A DNA stretch of 64,000 bases. It comes from Spirochaetia bacterium. GTDB taxonomy: Bacteria; Spirochaetota; Spirochaetia; SZUA-6; Bin103. The number at the start of each line of letters is the position of its first letter. The stretch's first letter is position 1. The stretch is taken from positions 2,720,001-2,784,000 of the forward strand of contig CBDBDQ010000005.1 in the NCBI GenBank assembly GCA_965203905.1, written 5' to 3'. Shown here piece after piece: positions 9,543-20,364 of the stretch. The notes beneath the pieces were generated by a model. It saw only the letters and a list, made by a program, of their open reading frames with translations. It was not told the DNA's origin and made no database searches. Position numbers and translations under genes: made by a program.

Positions 9543-10925
9543 TCAACCCGTGGACTCCGCCTGGCGCCAGAGTTCCGACAGGATCCGCAGACAGGTGTGC
9601 TTGACCTTATGCTCGCAGCTTGGCTGAAGGCGTGGGACGCCATACAGTCGCTGGGCGCCGAACGCTTCGTAGCCCTCCAGGTAGCAGGCGTCCGCGGTCG
9701 GAACGTAGCTCTCGCAGCCGTTGGAATAGCCAAACACCATGGTGTGCGGAAAGGGTGACTCCTGCTGCAGGAAGAGCTGGTACTCGACAAACGCCTCGTG
9801 GGAGAGCCCGACCAGCGCCAGGTCCCGGCCCAGTGCAAAGGCCTGCACCTGAAACGGCAGTCCGGCCGGAGACTGCGCGTCGCGCGCGTATCCCAGCATC
9901 TTCCTTGCCCAGGCCAGAGCGTTCCTCTGCTGGTCCAGGACTCGGTCGTCGGCACCTCCCGCTTGCAACGTCGAGTACGACTCCTGCAGACGTTGAATGA
10001 TGGCACCGCACACGTCGGCGCTCATCAGCTCGAAGTCGAGGTGAATCGTCTCGCTGGCGATTCGAATGGTCCCGCCAGCTATCGCGGGCGCCTGGGAGGC
10101 TGCGGCGACGGCCGCCTGTCCCAGCATCGTCCCCGCCCGTTCCGCCTCGGCAAAGCCGCCGCGCAGTGGCTCCACGTTGATGTCGGCGGCACAACCCTGG
10201 GCGAACAGCGGGATGACGCCGGCGCCCATGGCGTTGCGGATGGTGAGCGCGGCGGCACCCGGGTAGTCGGCGGTAAACTCGGTGGCCGTGCTGTGGACGG
10301 TGACCGGGTGCGCGGCGTGGCTGAAGAGAAGAGCCAGTGGCGTGTCCGCGGACCGATCCACGCGCAGGACGTCGACCCAGGGGGCAACCGGCCCCGCCGG
10401 GTTGGGCGCCATTGTGGTTCCGGTCAAGGTGGAGAGACGGCGGTTGAGGCCGACCTGGACGTCCGCGCGCCCGGCCGCCAGACCTACCGGCTCCATCGCG
10501 GTCTGAGCCCGGGCAACGGTGTCGGCAATGCGCCCCACGAGTTGCGCTTCCCAATCCCGATCCCGGCGCGGCTGAACGGTCACGTCGTAGGGGATCGTGA
10601 GCGGTGCGCTGTGGTTGTGGCTGGCGGTGAGCATCAACCGTTCCCGCGCCAGACCGGTCTGCTGTTCGACGGCGCTGCGGACTCGCTCCAGGAGGTCGGC
10701 GTCCAGGCCGAGAAGATCCATGGTGACGACACAGATGGTGGTGCGGTCGTCACCGAGCGAGATCGCGCGCACGTAAAGATCATCGTGCACAGCGGTCGAG
10801 GGCACGCCGCGCGGCTCGATCATTTCCACCCCGATCGGTGGCGTGATCACCGCCTCCGCTACGTTAGCCGCGATGGCCACGGGCTGCTCGTGCTGCGGCG
10901 TCGCCGCTGTCGCTGTCTTCCACAC
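9543..10925 (-). CDS. Ceramidase-like hydrolase (paralogue of 6050-7390)
   Basis: ITPPIG, HDDLYVRA, SHNHSAP, HAAHPV, ADYPG, FAQGC shared with 6050-7390. Confidence 0.75.
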   Translation of the reverse strand: MWKTATAATPQHEQPVAIAANVAEAVITPPIGVEMIEPRGVPSTAVHDDLYVRAISLGDDRTTICVVTMDLLGLDADLLERVRSAVEQQTGLARERLMLTASHNHSAPLTIPYDVTVQPRRDRDWEAQLVGRIADTVARAQTAMEPVGLAAGRADVQVGLNRRLSTLTGTTMAPNPAGPVAPWVDVLRVDRSADTPLALLFSHAAHPVTVHSTATEFTADYPGAAALTIRNAMGAGVIPLFAQGCAADINVEPLRGGFAEAERAGTMLGQAAVAAASQAPAIAGGTIRIASETIHLDFELMSADVCGAIIQRLQESYSTLQAGGADDRVLDQQRNALAWARKMLGYARDAQSPAGLPFQVQAFALGRDLALVGLSHEAFVEYQLFLQQESPFPHTMVFGYSNGCESYVPTADACYLEGYEAFGAQRLYGVPRLQPSCEHKVKHTCLRILSELWRQAESTG

Positions 10926-11423
10926 CCCGAAGTATGACCCGTCCCGCGAGCCTGTGGAATAGGACGACTCCCGCGCACGACCCGCGCACGCCGGGCGGGC
11001 GCAGCACGGGGGTCGGAGGTTGACAACTCACGGTCCACCACGTAGCGTACTCTCCGGGTTTACCGGCAAAGGATGGGCGCGGACGCCGGCGGCGGCGTAT
11101 CACAGGGATTCGGCACCGGGAGGACAGGTGGCGTAGGATGAGAAGAGGCGGTTATCACCGCGGAGTCCGCTGTGACACGCGATCACGCGGGCCTGTCCGA
11201 AAGTTGTTCCCGGTGCTCATGATCGCCGGTGCCACGCAGCGACCGTGCCCACTGGTACGGAATCGACGGCTGGCGCCTGCCGACCGTCTCGCATCGCGGT
11301 GACCCCCAGCCACACCTCCCTTGAACTATCTCCCAGGCGATTCAAGCCACGGGCACCGCCGCACACCGGCACCAACGGAAAATCGAGATCGCTGACCGTA
11401 TACGTGCTTCTGAGGAGGGAGTT

Positions 11424-12725
11424 ATGGTACGAGGAATCGGGCTATTCCTGGTAGTGTCGTGCATCGCTGGCGCGCCACTATTCGCGACCGGAGAGCAGGA
11501 AGGGGCGGGTCATCGGACGCTTGAACTGGTCAGGTGGCACGGTCCCCAGGAGTCCGTCCACGGCATCGAGGTGGCTTGGGCCAAGGAGTTCCCCGACTCC
11601 ACCCTGCAGATATCCCTGGGGAGTCCAATCGATCAATACATCGAGGCTCGTCTGGCCCAGAACAACCTGCCCGACATGTGGTACACGAGCCCCTTCGAGT
11701 GGACCCAGAACTACGCCCGCAGGGGCATGACCCGGGATCTGGAGGGGTTGCCGTTCGTCGACAAGCTCATTCCGGCAACTCCGCGCGCCGGCCTGACTTA
11801 CGACGGAAAGATCTACGCATATCCTGCCGCGGGTGGGTTCATGGGTGCGTTCTACAACAAGGACGTGTTTGCCGATGCCGGCATCGCCGAGGAGCGCAAG
11901 ACGATCAGTGACCTGAAGTCAATGATCGGAAAATTCGAAGCTCTCGGAGTAGTGCCGTGGTCGACGCCCTACAAGGATATCTGGCCCATGGTGCAGGGGT
12001 TTCAACAGATGATGGCCAATGCCGTGGGGCAGGACGAGTTCTGGAACTGGGTCGGCGCCATGAACGAAGGCGAGCAGACCTACGACGTGCCCAAATTCAG
12101 GCAGATGATGGAAGTCTGGGACCTTATGAAGGAGCACGGCACGCCTAATGCAATGGATGTCACGTACACCAAGCAGATCGCCAATATTGCAGAGGGAAAG
12201 GCCGCCATCTATCTCAACAATGAGTCTTCCATCGGCGAAGTCATCAGTATGAAGGACGATTCCAACATAGGTGCAATGGGGGAACCGGTCAGTGATGATC
12301 CGAACGATTCACTGGTCGGATTCTCGGTATCCATCGCGATCGTGGTCGCCAAGGATACCAAGAACTGGGACCTCGTGCAACAGTTTTTCGAGTGGTGTAT
12401 AGACTCCCAGTACTGGCAGGATGGCAAGGCCAACTATCATTCCGAGATGGCCGACATGTGGGGGATATATCCACTCGTTCCTTACGACGGACCGGGTCAG
12501 GACCTGGGCGGCGCGCTGGAGGATCTCCTGTACTATCGGGATCAAGGCTGGATCACGCCCTGGATGCGGAACCATGAGCCGCCGGGGTCTTACGTAGAGA
12601 TGGCAAATGCGCTGCAGGGGTATTATCTGGGTGAGCTGGACGTCGACGAGTTCATCAGCAAGTTGGATGAGAATTGGCACTCGCTGGCGGCCAAGGCGAA
12701 AGCGGCGAAGGCGGCGGCTCAATAG
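11424..12725 (+). CDS. Carbohydrate ABC transporter substrate-binding protein
   Basis: Signal peptide ending ATGEQE; YDGKIYAYP, FYNKDVF; AGGAGG RBS. Confidence 0.85.
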   Translation: MVRGIGLFLVVSCIAGAPLFATGEQEGAGHRTLELVRWHGPQESVHGIEVAWAKEFPDSTLQISLGSPIDQYIEARLAQNNLPDMWYTSPFEWTQNYARRGMTRDLEGLPFVDKLIPATPRAGLTYDGKIYAYPAAGGFMGAFYNKDVFADAGIAEERKTISDLKSMIGKFEALGVVPWSTPYKDIWPMVQGFQQMMANAVGQDEFWNWVGAMNEGEQTYDVPKFRQMMEVWDLMKEHGTPNAMDVTYTKQIANIAEGKAAIYLNNESSIGEVISMKDDSNIGAMGEPVSDDPNDSLVGFSVSIAIVVAKDTKNWDLVQQFFEWCIDSQYWQDGKANYHSEMADMWGIYPLVPYDGPGQDLGGALEDLLYYRDQGWITPWMRNHEPPGSYVEMANALQGYYLGELDVDEFISKLDENWHSLAAKAKAAKAAAQ

Positions 12726-12757
12726 AAGGAATCTCCGGTACTGACAGGGAACAGGCA

Positions 12758-13678
12758 TTGGAACTGGTAAGCGAGCGAACCGTCGCCAAGGTACGGCGCC
12801 AGAGGCAGCGAGCGGAGTTGCTCGTGTTCCTTGCGTTTGTCGGTCCAGTGCTTGTTCTCTACACCTTCTTCTTGATCAACCCGTTGCTCAGGGCAATCTA
12901 CTACTCGCTCTTCGACTGGAATCTGCACTACGGCAATTACAACTTCTTTGGATTCAACAATTACCTCAACCTGCTCCACGACGAGGTCTTCATCAAGACC
13001 CTGAAGTTCAATTTCCTGTTCGCTCTGCTGACGGTGTTCTTTCCCAATATCATCGCTCTACTGCTCGCTGTCGGAATCGAGTCCGGGATGCGCAAGGGCA
13101 AGAATCTTGCCAGGACCCTGTTCTTCATGCCCAACGTCATGGCGCCACTGCTCATCGCCTTTACCTGGCTGTTCATTTTCACCGAGGTGTTTCCGCAACT
13201 GTTCGAGATCCTCGGCCTGAAACAGTTGGCGGGCATGTCGTGGTTCGGAACTTTCCCGGCGGCATTGTCGGCGATGACCATAGTCGTGGTGTGGAGTGGC
13301 ACCGGATTCCTGCTGATCCTCTACATTGCGGCGCTGCAGACGGTGCCCGAGGAGTTGTACGAGAGTGCCGACATGGACGGCGCATCGTGGCTGCGCAAGC
13401 TCGCATCGATAACCGTTCCGCTGGTGGTGCCGACCATAACCATCTGCCTGTTCGTGAGCATTACCGCGGCGTTCAGGACGTTCGAGCTTTCCTTCGGCAT
13501 GACCAGGGGCAGCCCGATGCGCAGCACGGAGACGTTGTCCTACAACACATTCGTCGAGGCGTTCACCTTTTCCAACTACGGCGCGGCCTGTGCCAAGGGC
13601 GTGGTGCTCATGATAATCACGGCCGTGGTCGGCTTCTTCCAGGTCCGGATGACCAGCAAGCGGGAGGTTGCCTTGTGA
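12758..13678 (+). CDS. Carbohydrate ABC transporter permease
   Basis: EAA loop ELYESADMDGAS; multiple TM segments; start approximate. Confidence 0.85.
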   Translation: MELVSERTVAKVRRQRQRAELLVFLAFVGPVLVLYTFFLINPLLRAIYYSLFDWNLHYGNYNFFGFNNYLNLLHDEVFIKTLKFNFLFALLTVFFPNIIALLLAVGIESGMRKGKNLARTLFFMPNVMAPLLIAFTWLFIFTEVFPQLFEILGLKQLAGMSWFGTFPAALSAMTIVVVWSGTGFLLILYIAALQTVPEELYESADMDGASWLRKLASITVPLVVPTITICLFVSITAAFRTFELSFGMTRGSPMRSTETLSYNTFVEAFTFSNYGAACAKGVVLMIITAVVGFFQVRMTSKREVAL

Positions 13679-14505
13679 CCGTCCGCCGGAACAGCAGTGT
13701 CGCCGTGGTCACGCTGATAATTCTTGTGGTTGCCGCCGGCTATGTGTTTCCATTTTATCTGATTTCCATGAATTCCTTCAAGGGATACCTTGAAGTCATC
13801 ACTTCGTTCTTGAAGCTGCCCCAGGATCCGAGCTTCGAGAACTTCGCACGAGCGTGGGTGCTCATGAAGCTGCCGCGGCCGTTCCTCAACACGCTGATAC
13901 TCTGTGCCCTGTCCATCGGCGGATCGGTGTTGCTGAGCGCCATGGGTGGCTACAAGCTGGAGCGCACCGGGGACAAGAAGTCGCGGGCACTATACTACTA
14001 CTTCATTTTTTCGCTGGTGATTCCGTTCTTCGTCATCATGATTCCGGTGATGAGACTGGCGGCTCAAATGCGCATCACCAACAGTCTGCTGGGCCTGTCA
14101 CTACTGTATATCGCGTTCACCTGTCCGTTTGCGGTGTTCATGATCTACGGCTTCACCAAGACCATTCCGCGGGAAACCGAGGATGCCGCGATCATCGACG
14201 GCTGTGGGCCGTTCATGCTGTTCTTCAGGATTGCGCTGCCGCTGCTGCAGCCGGCGGTGATGACGCTGGTAGTGCTGTACATGCTCTGGATCTGGAACGA
14301 CTTCGCGCTACCCTATCTTCTGATAGCCGACAAGCGACTGCATACCGTGACGGTCGCGGCCTATTACTTCGCGGGCACTCAGATGATCGAGTGGGATCTC
14401 ATCATCGCCGGCATGACGTTGATCACGGCCCCGATCATCATCTTCTACTTCTTCGCTCAGAAGTATATCCAGCGCGGTATCGCGACCAGCGGATTGAAGT
14501 CGTAA
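13675..14505 (+). CDS. Carbohydrate ABC transporter permease
   Basis: ETEDAAIIDGCG, WNDF; GTG start overlaps upstream TGA. Confidence 0.85.
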   Translation: MTVRRNSSVAVVTLIILVVAAGYVFPFYLISMNSFKGYLEVITSFLKLPQDPSFENFARAWVLMKLPRPFLNTLILCALSIGGSVLLSAMGGYKLERTGDKKSRALYYYFIFSLVIPFFVIMIPVMRLAAQMRITNSLLGLSLLYIAFTCPFAVFMIYGFTKTIPRETEDAAIIDGCGPFMLFFRIALPLLQPAVMTLVVLYMLWIWNDFALPYLLIADKRLHTVTVAAYYFAGTQMIEWDLIIAGMTLITAPIIIFYFFAQKYIQRGIATSGLKS

Positions 14506-14508
14506 GGC

Positions 14509-15312
14509 GTGAGGAGCACGACGGTCGCGCAGTTCACCTATCCCAGGCTGCAGGGACTGAAGGCCGCCTACGACGAAGAGGGGTACGCGATCGTCAGGCG
14601 CGTGCTCGACGCGGACCTGCTGAGCGAGGCCAATCGACACATCGACTGGCTCATCGACAAGCACCCCGAACTGGAGACCGAAAGACTGGGACATTGGCTG
14701 GTGGCGGATGATCCGTTCTGGCTGCGGCTGATCAGCGACGACCGCCTGCTGGACATCGCCGAGCAACTCATCGGTCCCAACATAGCCCTGTTTGCCGCCG
14801 ACTATATCGTCAAACGGCCCGGGACCGGTGGCAAGTTCGCCTGGCACCAGGACGGCGGTTACTGGCCGCTGGAGCCGATGGAAGTTGCTACGCTGTGGAT
14901 CGCCTACAGTGCGTCGAATCGCGTCAATGGCTGCCTCCGCATCATACCGGGCACCCAGCACCTGCCGCTGCAGGAACGAGCCCAGGTTGCAGAGGAACCC
15001 GGAGAGTTGCTGCCCGGCATGGACCAGACCCTGGCGGATGAGTCGAAGGCCGTGGACATCGAGTTGGGTCCCGGCGACGTGTCGTTGCACCATCCCCATA
15101 TCATCCACGGCTCGAATGCGAATACCAGCGACCGGTGGCGTCGCGGCGGCACCTTTCTCTACATCCCCACTACGACCCGCATTCGCAGCGAGAAGTTCGC
15201 CAGTTTCCTGTTGCGTGGGGAGGCCGTGGCGGGGATCAACAGCTACCACGAGTTTCCCAGGTATCGGGAAGGGGAGCACTTCCGCTTCCGGGAGCGTGAA
15301 GCATGGCGGTGA
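14509..15312 (+). CDS. PhyH-family dioxygenase
   Basis: WHQDGGYWP, NGCLRIIPGTQ, IIHGSNAN. Confidence 0.85.
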   Translation: MRSTTVAQFTYPRLQGLKAAYDEEGYAIVRRVLDADLLSEANRHIDWLIDKHPELETERLGHWLVADDPFWLRLISDDRLLDIAEQLIGPNIALFAADYIVKRPGTGGKFAWHQDGGYWPLEPMEVATLWIAYSASNRVNGCLRIIPGTQHLPLQERAQVAEEPGELLPGMDQTLADESKAVDIELGPGDVSLHHPHIIHGSNANTSDRWRRGGTFLYIPTTTRIRSEKFASFLLRGEAVAGINSYHEFPRYREGEHFRFREREAWR

Positions 15313-16148
15313 GGGGTGGAGGGGAACGAGCGAAGATTGTTGACGAGGTTGCGGTACGGGAGCGTTACCGCCGAGATGGATTCTACCTCTGCCCGGAGCC
15401 GGTGATCCCCGGCGACGTGGTAGAGCAGGCGGTGGCGGGAATGGACGCGGTGCGGGCGGGCGAGTACGACACCGGCAGGCCGCCGCGGCCGTCGTCCTGG
15501 AACCCTGGCGACGACCCCAACCTGCTGTGCAAGATCGAGATGCCTCAGATCGCCAGCCACGCCATCATGCAGCTCGTGTCACACCCTGCGTTGGGCGCGA
15601 AGGCGGCGGAGATCACAGCTGCCAGAGCGGTCCAGGTGTGGTGGGTGCAGTTGCTGTACAAGCCGCCGAGCGCGGCCGGCCGGCAGCGGGGCACCAACGT
15701 CGGCTGGCACCAGGACTACAACTACTGGCGCTCCTGGGAAGAGGGAAGCGAGCTGTTCACGGCCTGGGTTGCGCTCAGCGACGTGACGGCCGCATCGGGC
15801 CCGATGCAGTTCGTGGTCGGCTCGCACGAGTGGGGCCTGTCGACCAAGAGCGACTTCTACTCGCAGGAATACGAAGCCAAGCGGAAAGTGATCCAGCGTA
15901 CCCACGGCCGGGAGTGGGTGGAGGTGCCGGCCATCCTGCCGCCGGGCGGCGCCAGCTTCCACCAGAAACTGACTTTCCACGGCAGCGGCCCCAATGTGTC
16001 AGTGCAGCCGCGGCGGGCATTCGCGGTCCACCTGCGCACCGAGAATTCGCGGCCCAAGGACGACGCCAGGAGCGGATTGACCTCGTTCATCGATGACCCC
16101 GGCTACTGCCCGGTCATCTTCGGCGATGCAGGCCTGCTGACGCGTTAA
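15303..16148 (+). CDS. PhyH-family dioxygenase (close paralogue of 8671-9453)
   Basis: NVGWHQDYNYW, FTAWVAL, HGSGPNVS, DDPGYCPV. Confidence 0.85.
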   Translation: MAVRGGGERAKIVDEVAVRERYRRDGFYLCPEPVIPGDVVEQAVAGMDAVRAGEYDTGRPPRPSSWNPGDDPNLLCKIEMPQIASHAIMQLVSHPALGAKAAEITAARAVQVWWVQLLYKPPSAAGRQRGTNVGWHQDYNYWRSWEEGSELFTAWVALSDVTAASGPMQFVVGSHEWGLSTKSDFYSQEYEAKRKVIQRTHGREWVEVPAILPPGGASFHQKLTFHGSGPNVSVQPRRAFAVHLRTENSRPKDDARSGLTSFIDDPGYCPVIFGDAGLLTR

Positions 16149-16150
16149 CG

Positions 16151-17200
16151 TTAACCCGCGAGAGGTACCGGCGCCCCGCTCTCGAGGCTGCGATAGATCG
16201 CCGCCACCAGCTCCACGGCCTTCTTCGACTCAGGGCCGTTGGTCAGGGGGACGGCGCCGGTACGCAGGCAGTCGATGAAGTGCCCCCACATCGCCACCCA
16301 TTCCCCCGGGTTGTCCACCTTGAGTTCCCGCGTATGCGGCAGTGCCGGGTCGTCGGACGGAGAGGCGAGGATCAGCGTCTCGTAATCCATCACGTACAGG
16401 CTGCCACGCTTGCCGAACAGCGACAGGCCCTCGTTGTGGCGGATGCGCGCCGGCGGCGACCGGAACGCCGCCCAGTTGCAGAAGAACTCGGCGATCTCGC
16501 CGCCGGTGAACTTGAAGACCGCCGTGCACACCACCTCCGACTCCAGCCGGGCCGGGTCGGTCGCCGAGTAGGCGAACACTTCGGCCGGTGTTCCGAGGTA
16601 CCAGGACAGCAGATCGAGCTGATGGATGCCGGTATCCATGACGCAGCCGCCACCGATCAGCTCGCGCGAGCGGCGCCAGCCGCCGGGAGGATTGACGTAG
16701 TTGGAGTAGTGGTCGACGTGCAGCGCGATCACCTCGCCGAGCACGCCTTCGTCGAGCAGCCGCCTGGCCTCGCGGAACACCGGCGAGTAGCGGTCGGAGT
16801 GGGCGATCATCAGTATCACGCCCGCCTGTCGCGCCGCCGCGATCACCTCGTCCGCCTCGGCGGGGGTGCGCGCGATCGGCTTCTCCAGCAGGATGTGCTT
16901 GCCTGCCGCCGCCGCCTGCCGGCACCCCTCCAGGTGCAGGTGGTTGGGCAGCGCCAGCAGCACGGCGTCGATGGCCGGGTCTGCCAGCAGCGCGCCGGCG
17001 TCGCGGTAGGCGTCCGCGCGCTGCAGCGCGGGATCGGCCGCGCGGCCGCGTTCCAGTGCGCCGGGATCGGGGTCGCAGATCGCCCGGATCGCAACCTGGT
17101 CGGCGTGGGCGCGGAGTGCCGCCACGTGCCGGTTGCGGGCGATGCTGCCCATGCCGATCATGCCTACCTGGATCTTCTCCTTGCTCATGGGTCGTGCCAT
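16151..17200 (-). CDS. Gfo/Idh/MocA oxidoreductase
   Basis: GMIGMGSIA, KHILLEKP, GGGCVMDTGIH. Confidence 0.9.
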   Translation of the reverse strand: MARPMSKEKIQVGMIGMGSIARNRHVAALRAHADQVAIRAICDPDPGALERGRAADPALQRADAYRDAGALLADPAIDAVLLALPNHLHLEGCRQAAAAGKHILLEKPIARTPAEADEVIAAARQAGVILMIAHSDRYSPVFREARRLLDEGVLGEVIALHVDHYSNYVNPPGGWRRSRELIGGGCVMDTGIHQLDLLSWYLGTPAEVFAYSATDPARLESEVVCTAVFKFTGGEIAEFFCNWAAFRSPPARIRHNEGLSLFGKRGSLYVMDYETLILASPSDDPALPHTRELKVDNPGEWVAMWGHFIDCLRTGAVPLTNGPESKKAVELVAAIYRSLESGAPVPLAG

Positions 17201-17201
17201 C

Positions 17202-17452
17202 TACCGGACGCCGGCAGCGGACTCATCCCCGTCCGCCACGCCGCGCACCGCGAACCCGACGGCGTGGGCGGCCGTCCCCAACTGCCCGTCGTGAGTAAGA
17301 GACCGTCATCGCCGTCTGCGGTCGGCCAGCAGCACGGCTACCCCTGGAATCGACCTGCCGGATGGCAAGCGGTCGAGCCGGGCAAGCGCCTCGGGCGGGT
17401 CGGTCGGCTCGTCGATGAGCACTGCGCGGCGGTCACCCGAGCGCGCCGGCAT
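17202..17452 (-). pseudogene. Collapsed type II TA module (antitoxin tail plus PIN toxin C-terminus)
   Basis: ...VAVLLADRRRR* followed at once by LTHDGQLGTAAHAVGFAVRG, resembling a VapC C-terminus. Confidence 0.45.
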
Positions 17453-17453
17453 G

Positions 17454-18320
17454 TCAGTGTGCGCCGGCACGGTCGAGCACTTCCCTCGTGCTGGCGTACA
17501 CGACGCCGAGCGCCTGCTCCAGAGGCATCGCCTTCAGCCGCGTGGCGGCGGGCTCGAACGGCTCCACCCACACCGGGCCGGCGTAGCCCAGCTCATGCAG
17601 GACGCGAATCGCCGCCACGCTGTCGATGACGCCGGTAGCCAGCGGCAACTCACGCTCCAGGTCCTCCTGCTGGTCGCGGGAGCGGCCCTTCCAGCCGTCG
17701 TTGAGGTGGACGCCGACCACGCGATCGCCGCTGCCCAGCAGCCTGATCTCTTCGAGGGTGGTGCCGGACGTATACCAATGGTAGGTATCGAACTGCACGC
17801 CCACCTCCGGAGAGATGGCATCGGCCAGCGTCAGGATCTCCTGCAGCGTCCAGATGAACGGGTAGCGGAACGAGTCGCGCAGCGGCTTCGGCCCGATGAA
17901 CTCCACGCCCGCCTGCAGGCCGTGCGCGCGGGCGGCCGCGAACACCTTGCCGAAGCGCTCCACGCACCAGGCGAAGTTGTCGTCCGGCGCGCGTTCGTTG
18001 CTGCCGGGCCAGATGTGGTTGTAGTAGCGCCGCACGCCGCCCGTCTGGGCCAGGTCCATCTGCCGTTGCAGCCGCTCCAGGTCGGCCGCAAACTCCGCGT
18101 CCGAGCACTCGCGCATCATGTCGAGGTCCATCGGCATGGTCGACCACTGCAGGCCGTGGTCCCTTACCTGGGCGGTGGCCGCCCGCGCCTGTGCCGCGGT
18201 GCTGATTTCCCAGAGCGGGAACGTCACCGTGTCGAAGCCGCATTGCTGCGCCGGCGGCAGCAACGTCGCCAGCGGCACCCGGCCGAGTCCCGACTGGTTG
18301 GTGTCGAGGTTGATCTGCAT
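17454..18320 (-). CDS. Sugar phosphate isomerase/epimerase (AP2-type TIM barrel)
   Basis: GVEFIGP, FDTYHW, VHLND, WVEPF. Confidence 0.85.
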   Translation of the reverse strand: MQINLDTNQSGLGRVPLATLLPPAQQCGFDTVTFPLWEISTAAQARAATAQVRDHGLQWSTMPMDLDMMRECSDAEFAADLERLQRQMDLAQTGGVRRYYNHIWPGSNERAPDDNFAWCVERFGKVFAAARAHGLQAGVEFIGPKPLRDSFRYPFIWTLQEILTLADAISPEVGVQFDTYHWYTSGTTLEEIRLLGSGDRVVGVHLNDGWKGRSRDQQEDLERELPLATGVIDSVAAIRVLHELGYAGPVWVEPFEPAATRLKAMPLEQALGVVYASTREVLDRAGAH

Positions 18321-18327
18321 GGTCGCC

Positions 18328-19170
18328 TCAGCCGCGGTGGCCTTGGCCAAGATGGCCTTGGAGGAACCGAATGCTGGCCTCGACCTGGCTCTCGTCGAGG
18401 CCGTGGAGCAGGATCGGGCCGCGGTAACCGGATCGCTTCAGCTCGCCCAGGTAGTGGCCGAAGTCGAGCCGTCCGGTGCCGGCCGCGGCGTGGCCGGCGT
18501 CGCCGTCCTGCTCGATGTCCTTGGCGTGGGCGAGGGCGATGTCGTTGCCGAGCAGAGCGATCGCTTCGGTAAGTATCTCGTGCTGTCTGGCCAGCTCTCC
18601 CCGGTGATAGATGTTGGCTCCATCGAACACCACCTTCAGGCGCGGCGTCTGCAGTTCGTCAAGGAGCTGGCGTGCCTTCCTGGCTGTGTGAACGACGTTG
18701 TTGACCTCCGGCTCGAACACCAGGGTGATGTCACTCTCCTCGGCAACCTCGACACACGCCGCCATCGAGCTGAGCAGGTCGGCCCAGGCGTCGGCATCGT
18801 CGTTGGCGTCGTGCCAGGTCCACATATTGTGCGGATCCCGACTCCCCGTGCAGAGCGCAACCTTGTCGGCGCCATGCGCCCGAGCGGCGCGAATCAGTCC
18901 GAACAGTCGTCCCAGCGCTGCTTCGCGCCGCGCCGGATCGGGGTCGACCAGGTTGGTGTAGCCGGCCACCGAGTCGACCGTGATCCCCCGGTCTGCGGCC
19001 GCCGTGCGGATGCGCTCGGCCAGCCCGTAATTGACCGCGTCGGGCACTTCCTGCATGCCGATGGCGGTGTAGTTCCACTCCGTGTTCTGCAGACCGTGGG
19101 CCTTGATCGCGTCGAACACCTCTTCGACGGTCGGGCGCACGAACGTGTACGCGAAAATGCCGAGCTGCAT
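18328..19170 (-). CDS. Sugar phosphate isomerase/epimerase
   Basis: FEPEVNN, FDGAN, AHAKD, GTGRLDF. Confidence 0.85.
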   Translation of the reverse strand: MQLGIFAYTFVRPTVEEVFDAIKAHGLQNTEWNYTAIGMQEVPDAVNYGLAERIRTAAADRGITVDSVAGYTNLVDPDPARREAALGRLFGLIRAARAHGADKVALCTGSRDPHNMWTWHDANDDADAWADLLSSMAACVEVAEESDITLVFEPEVNNVVHTARKARQLLDELQTPRLKVVFDGANIYHRGELARQHEILTEAIALLGNDIALAHAKDIEQDGDAGHAAAGTGRLDFGHYLGELKRSGYRGPILLHGLDESQVEASIRFLQGHLGQGHRG

Positions 19171-19194
19171 CGATGGCTCTCCGAGTTCTTTCGT

Positions 19195-20250
19195 TTACAG
19201 GACTCCGGGATCGACCGGCAGCCAGGACCGTTCAGCCGCCGCCCGCGAGATGACCTCCATCACGTAGCTGGCGTACGCGGCCTCGCGGGCGCTCACCAAG
19301 TGACTCCGCTCACCGTGGACGACGGCGTCGATGAACTGCTCCAGCGGCCGCGGCATCGGCGCCGGCAGGTCGCTCCACGGCTCCTTACCGGTGGCTCCGT
19401 CAACGCTCGGCGACAACAGAAACAGCTCGTTGTCCCAGTCGTTCTGGCGCATGCCGGGAGCGTTGCGCATCACGGCGTGTCCCTTCGATCCGCTGATGAG
19501 CAGCGACGTGGGCTCCACCAAATCCACCCAGCTCGCCGCGAGAGTGGCGATGGTGCCGTTGTCGAAGCGCAGGATCGCCTCGCCGCACTCCTCACCCTGC
19601 GGGTAGCGCCCGAGGGGACGGGAGAAGGTGGCGGTCACCGCCTCCAACCGGGCGGTATCGCCCATCAGGAACAGCAGCAGGTCCAGCTTGTGGGTGCCCA
19701 GATCGCCAAACGCCCCGACGCCCGCCTGGCGCGGGTCGGTCATCCACCTCCAATCCGATTGGAACACGTCATTGATTGCCGCGGGGGTGCCGAACACCAG
19801 CCGGATACGACTCATCTTGCCGAACGCGCCCTGAGCGATCAGGCGCTTGAGCAACCGGTGCGCCGGGATGGTGCGGTTGAAATACCCCATGTGGAAGATC
19901 ACGCCCGCGGCTTCCAGCGCCTGCATCATGTTGCGGGCGTCGGCCAGTCCGATGCCCAGCGGTTTCTCGACGAAGCAGTGCTTGTCGGCACGGGTAATCT
20001 GCCGCACCAGCGATTCGTGGCGATTGGTCTGAGACAGCACGATCACGGCGTCCAGATCCGGCATGCCGAGGACGGTCGCGACATCGGCGGCTGCACGGCA
20101 CTGCAACCTCGCCGCGTACTTCTCAGCAATGGCCGGATCGGGATCCCAGACTGCCGCCACCGATACATCGGCACGGGCGGCGAGCACTTCGATGAACCCG
20201 GGCGTGTGGATGTGGCTCGCCCCGAGCAGTGCCAGCTTCTTCATAATCAT
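19195..20250 (-). CDS. Gfo/Idh/MocA oxidoreductase
   Basis: HCFVEKP, GAFGDLGTH. Confidence 0.85.
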   Translation of the reverse strand: MIMKKLALLGASHIHTPGFIEVLAARADVSVAAVWDPDPAIAEKYAARLQCRAAADVATVLGMPDLDAVIVLSQTNRHESLVRQITRADKHCFVEKPLGIGLADARNMMQALEAAGVIFHMGYFNRTIPAHRLLKRLIAQGAFGKMSRIRLVFGTPAAINDVFQSDWRWMTDPRQAGVGAFGDLGTHKLDLLLFLMGDTARLEAVTATFSRPLGRYPQGEECGEAILRFDNGTIATLAASWVDLVEPTSLLISGSKGHAVMRNAPGMRQNDWDNELFLLSPSVDGATGKEPWSDLPAPMPRPLEQFIDAVVHGERSHLVSAREAAYASYVMEVISRAAAERSWLPVDPGVL

Positions 20251-20323
20251 GTGCGTCAGGAAAGCGTCATGGTCGCCTCGCACCAGCGCGATGTCAAGGC
20301 GGTTTGCTCACTCTACTCACTCA

Positions 20324-20360
20324 CTGACCGCGAGGAGTAGCCCGAGCTCATCTCCAGGGT
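20324..20360 (+). repeat. 37-bp direct repeat, copy 1
   Basis: CTGACCGCGAGGAGTAGCCCGAGCTCATCTCCAGGGT; 35/37 identical to 26644-26680. Confidence 0.85.
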
Positions 20361-20364
20361 ACGG

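Noticed and set aside
11171-11188. TGTGA-N7-TCACG, CRP-like site upstream of the sugar ABC operon
   Set aside because: The spacer is 7 rather than 6 nt and there is only one occurrence.
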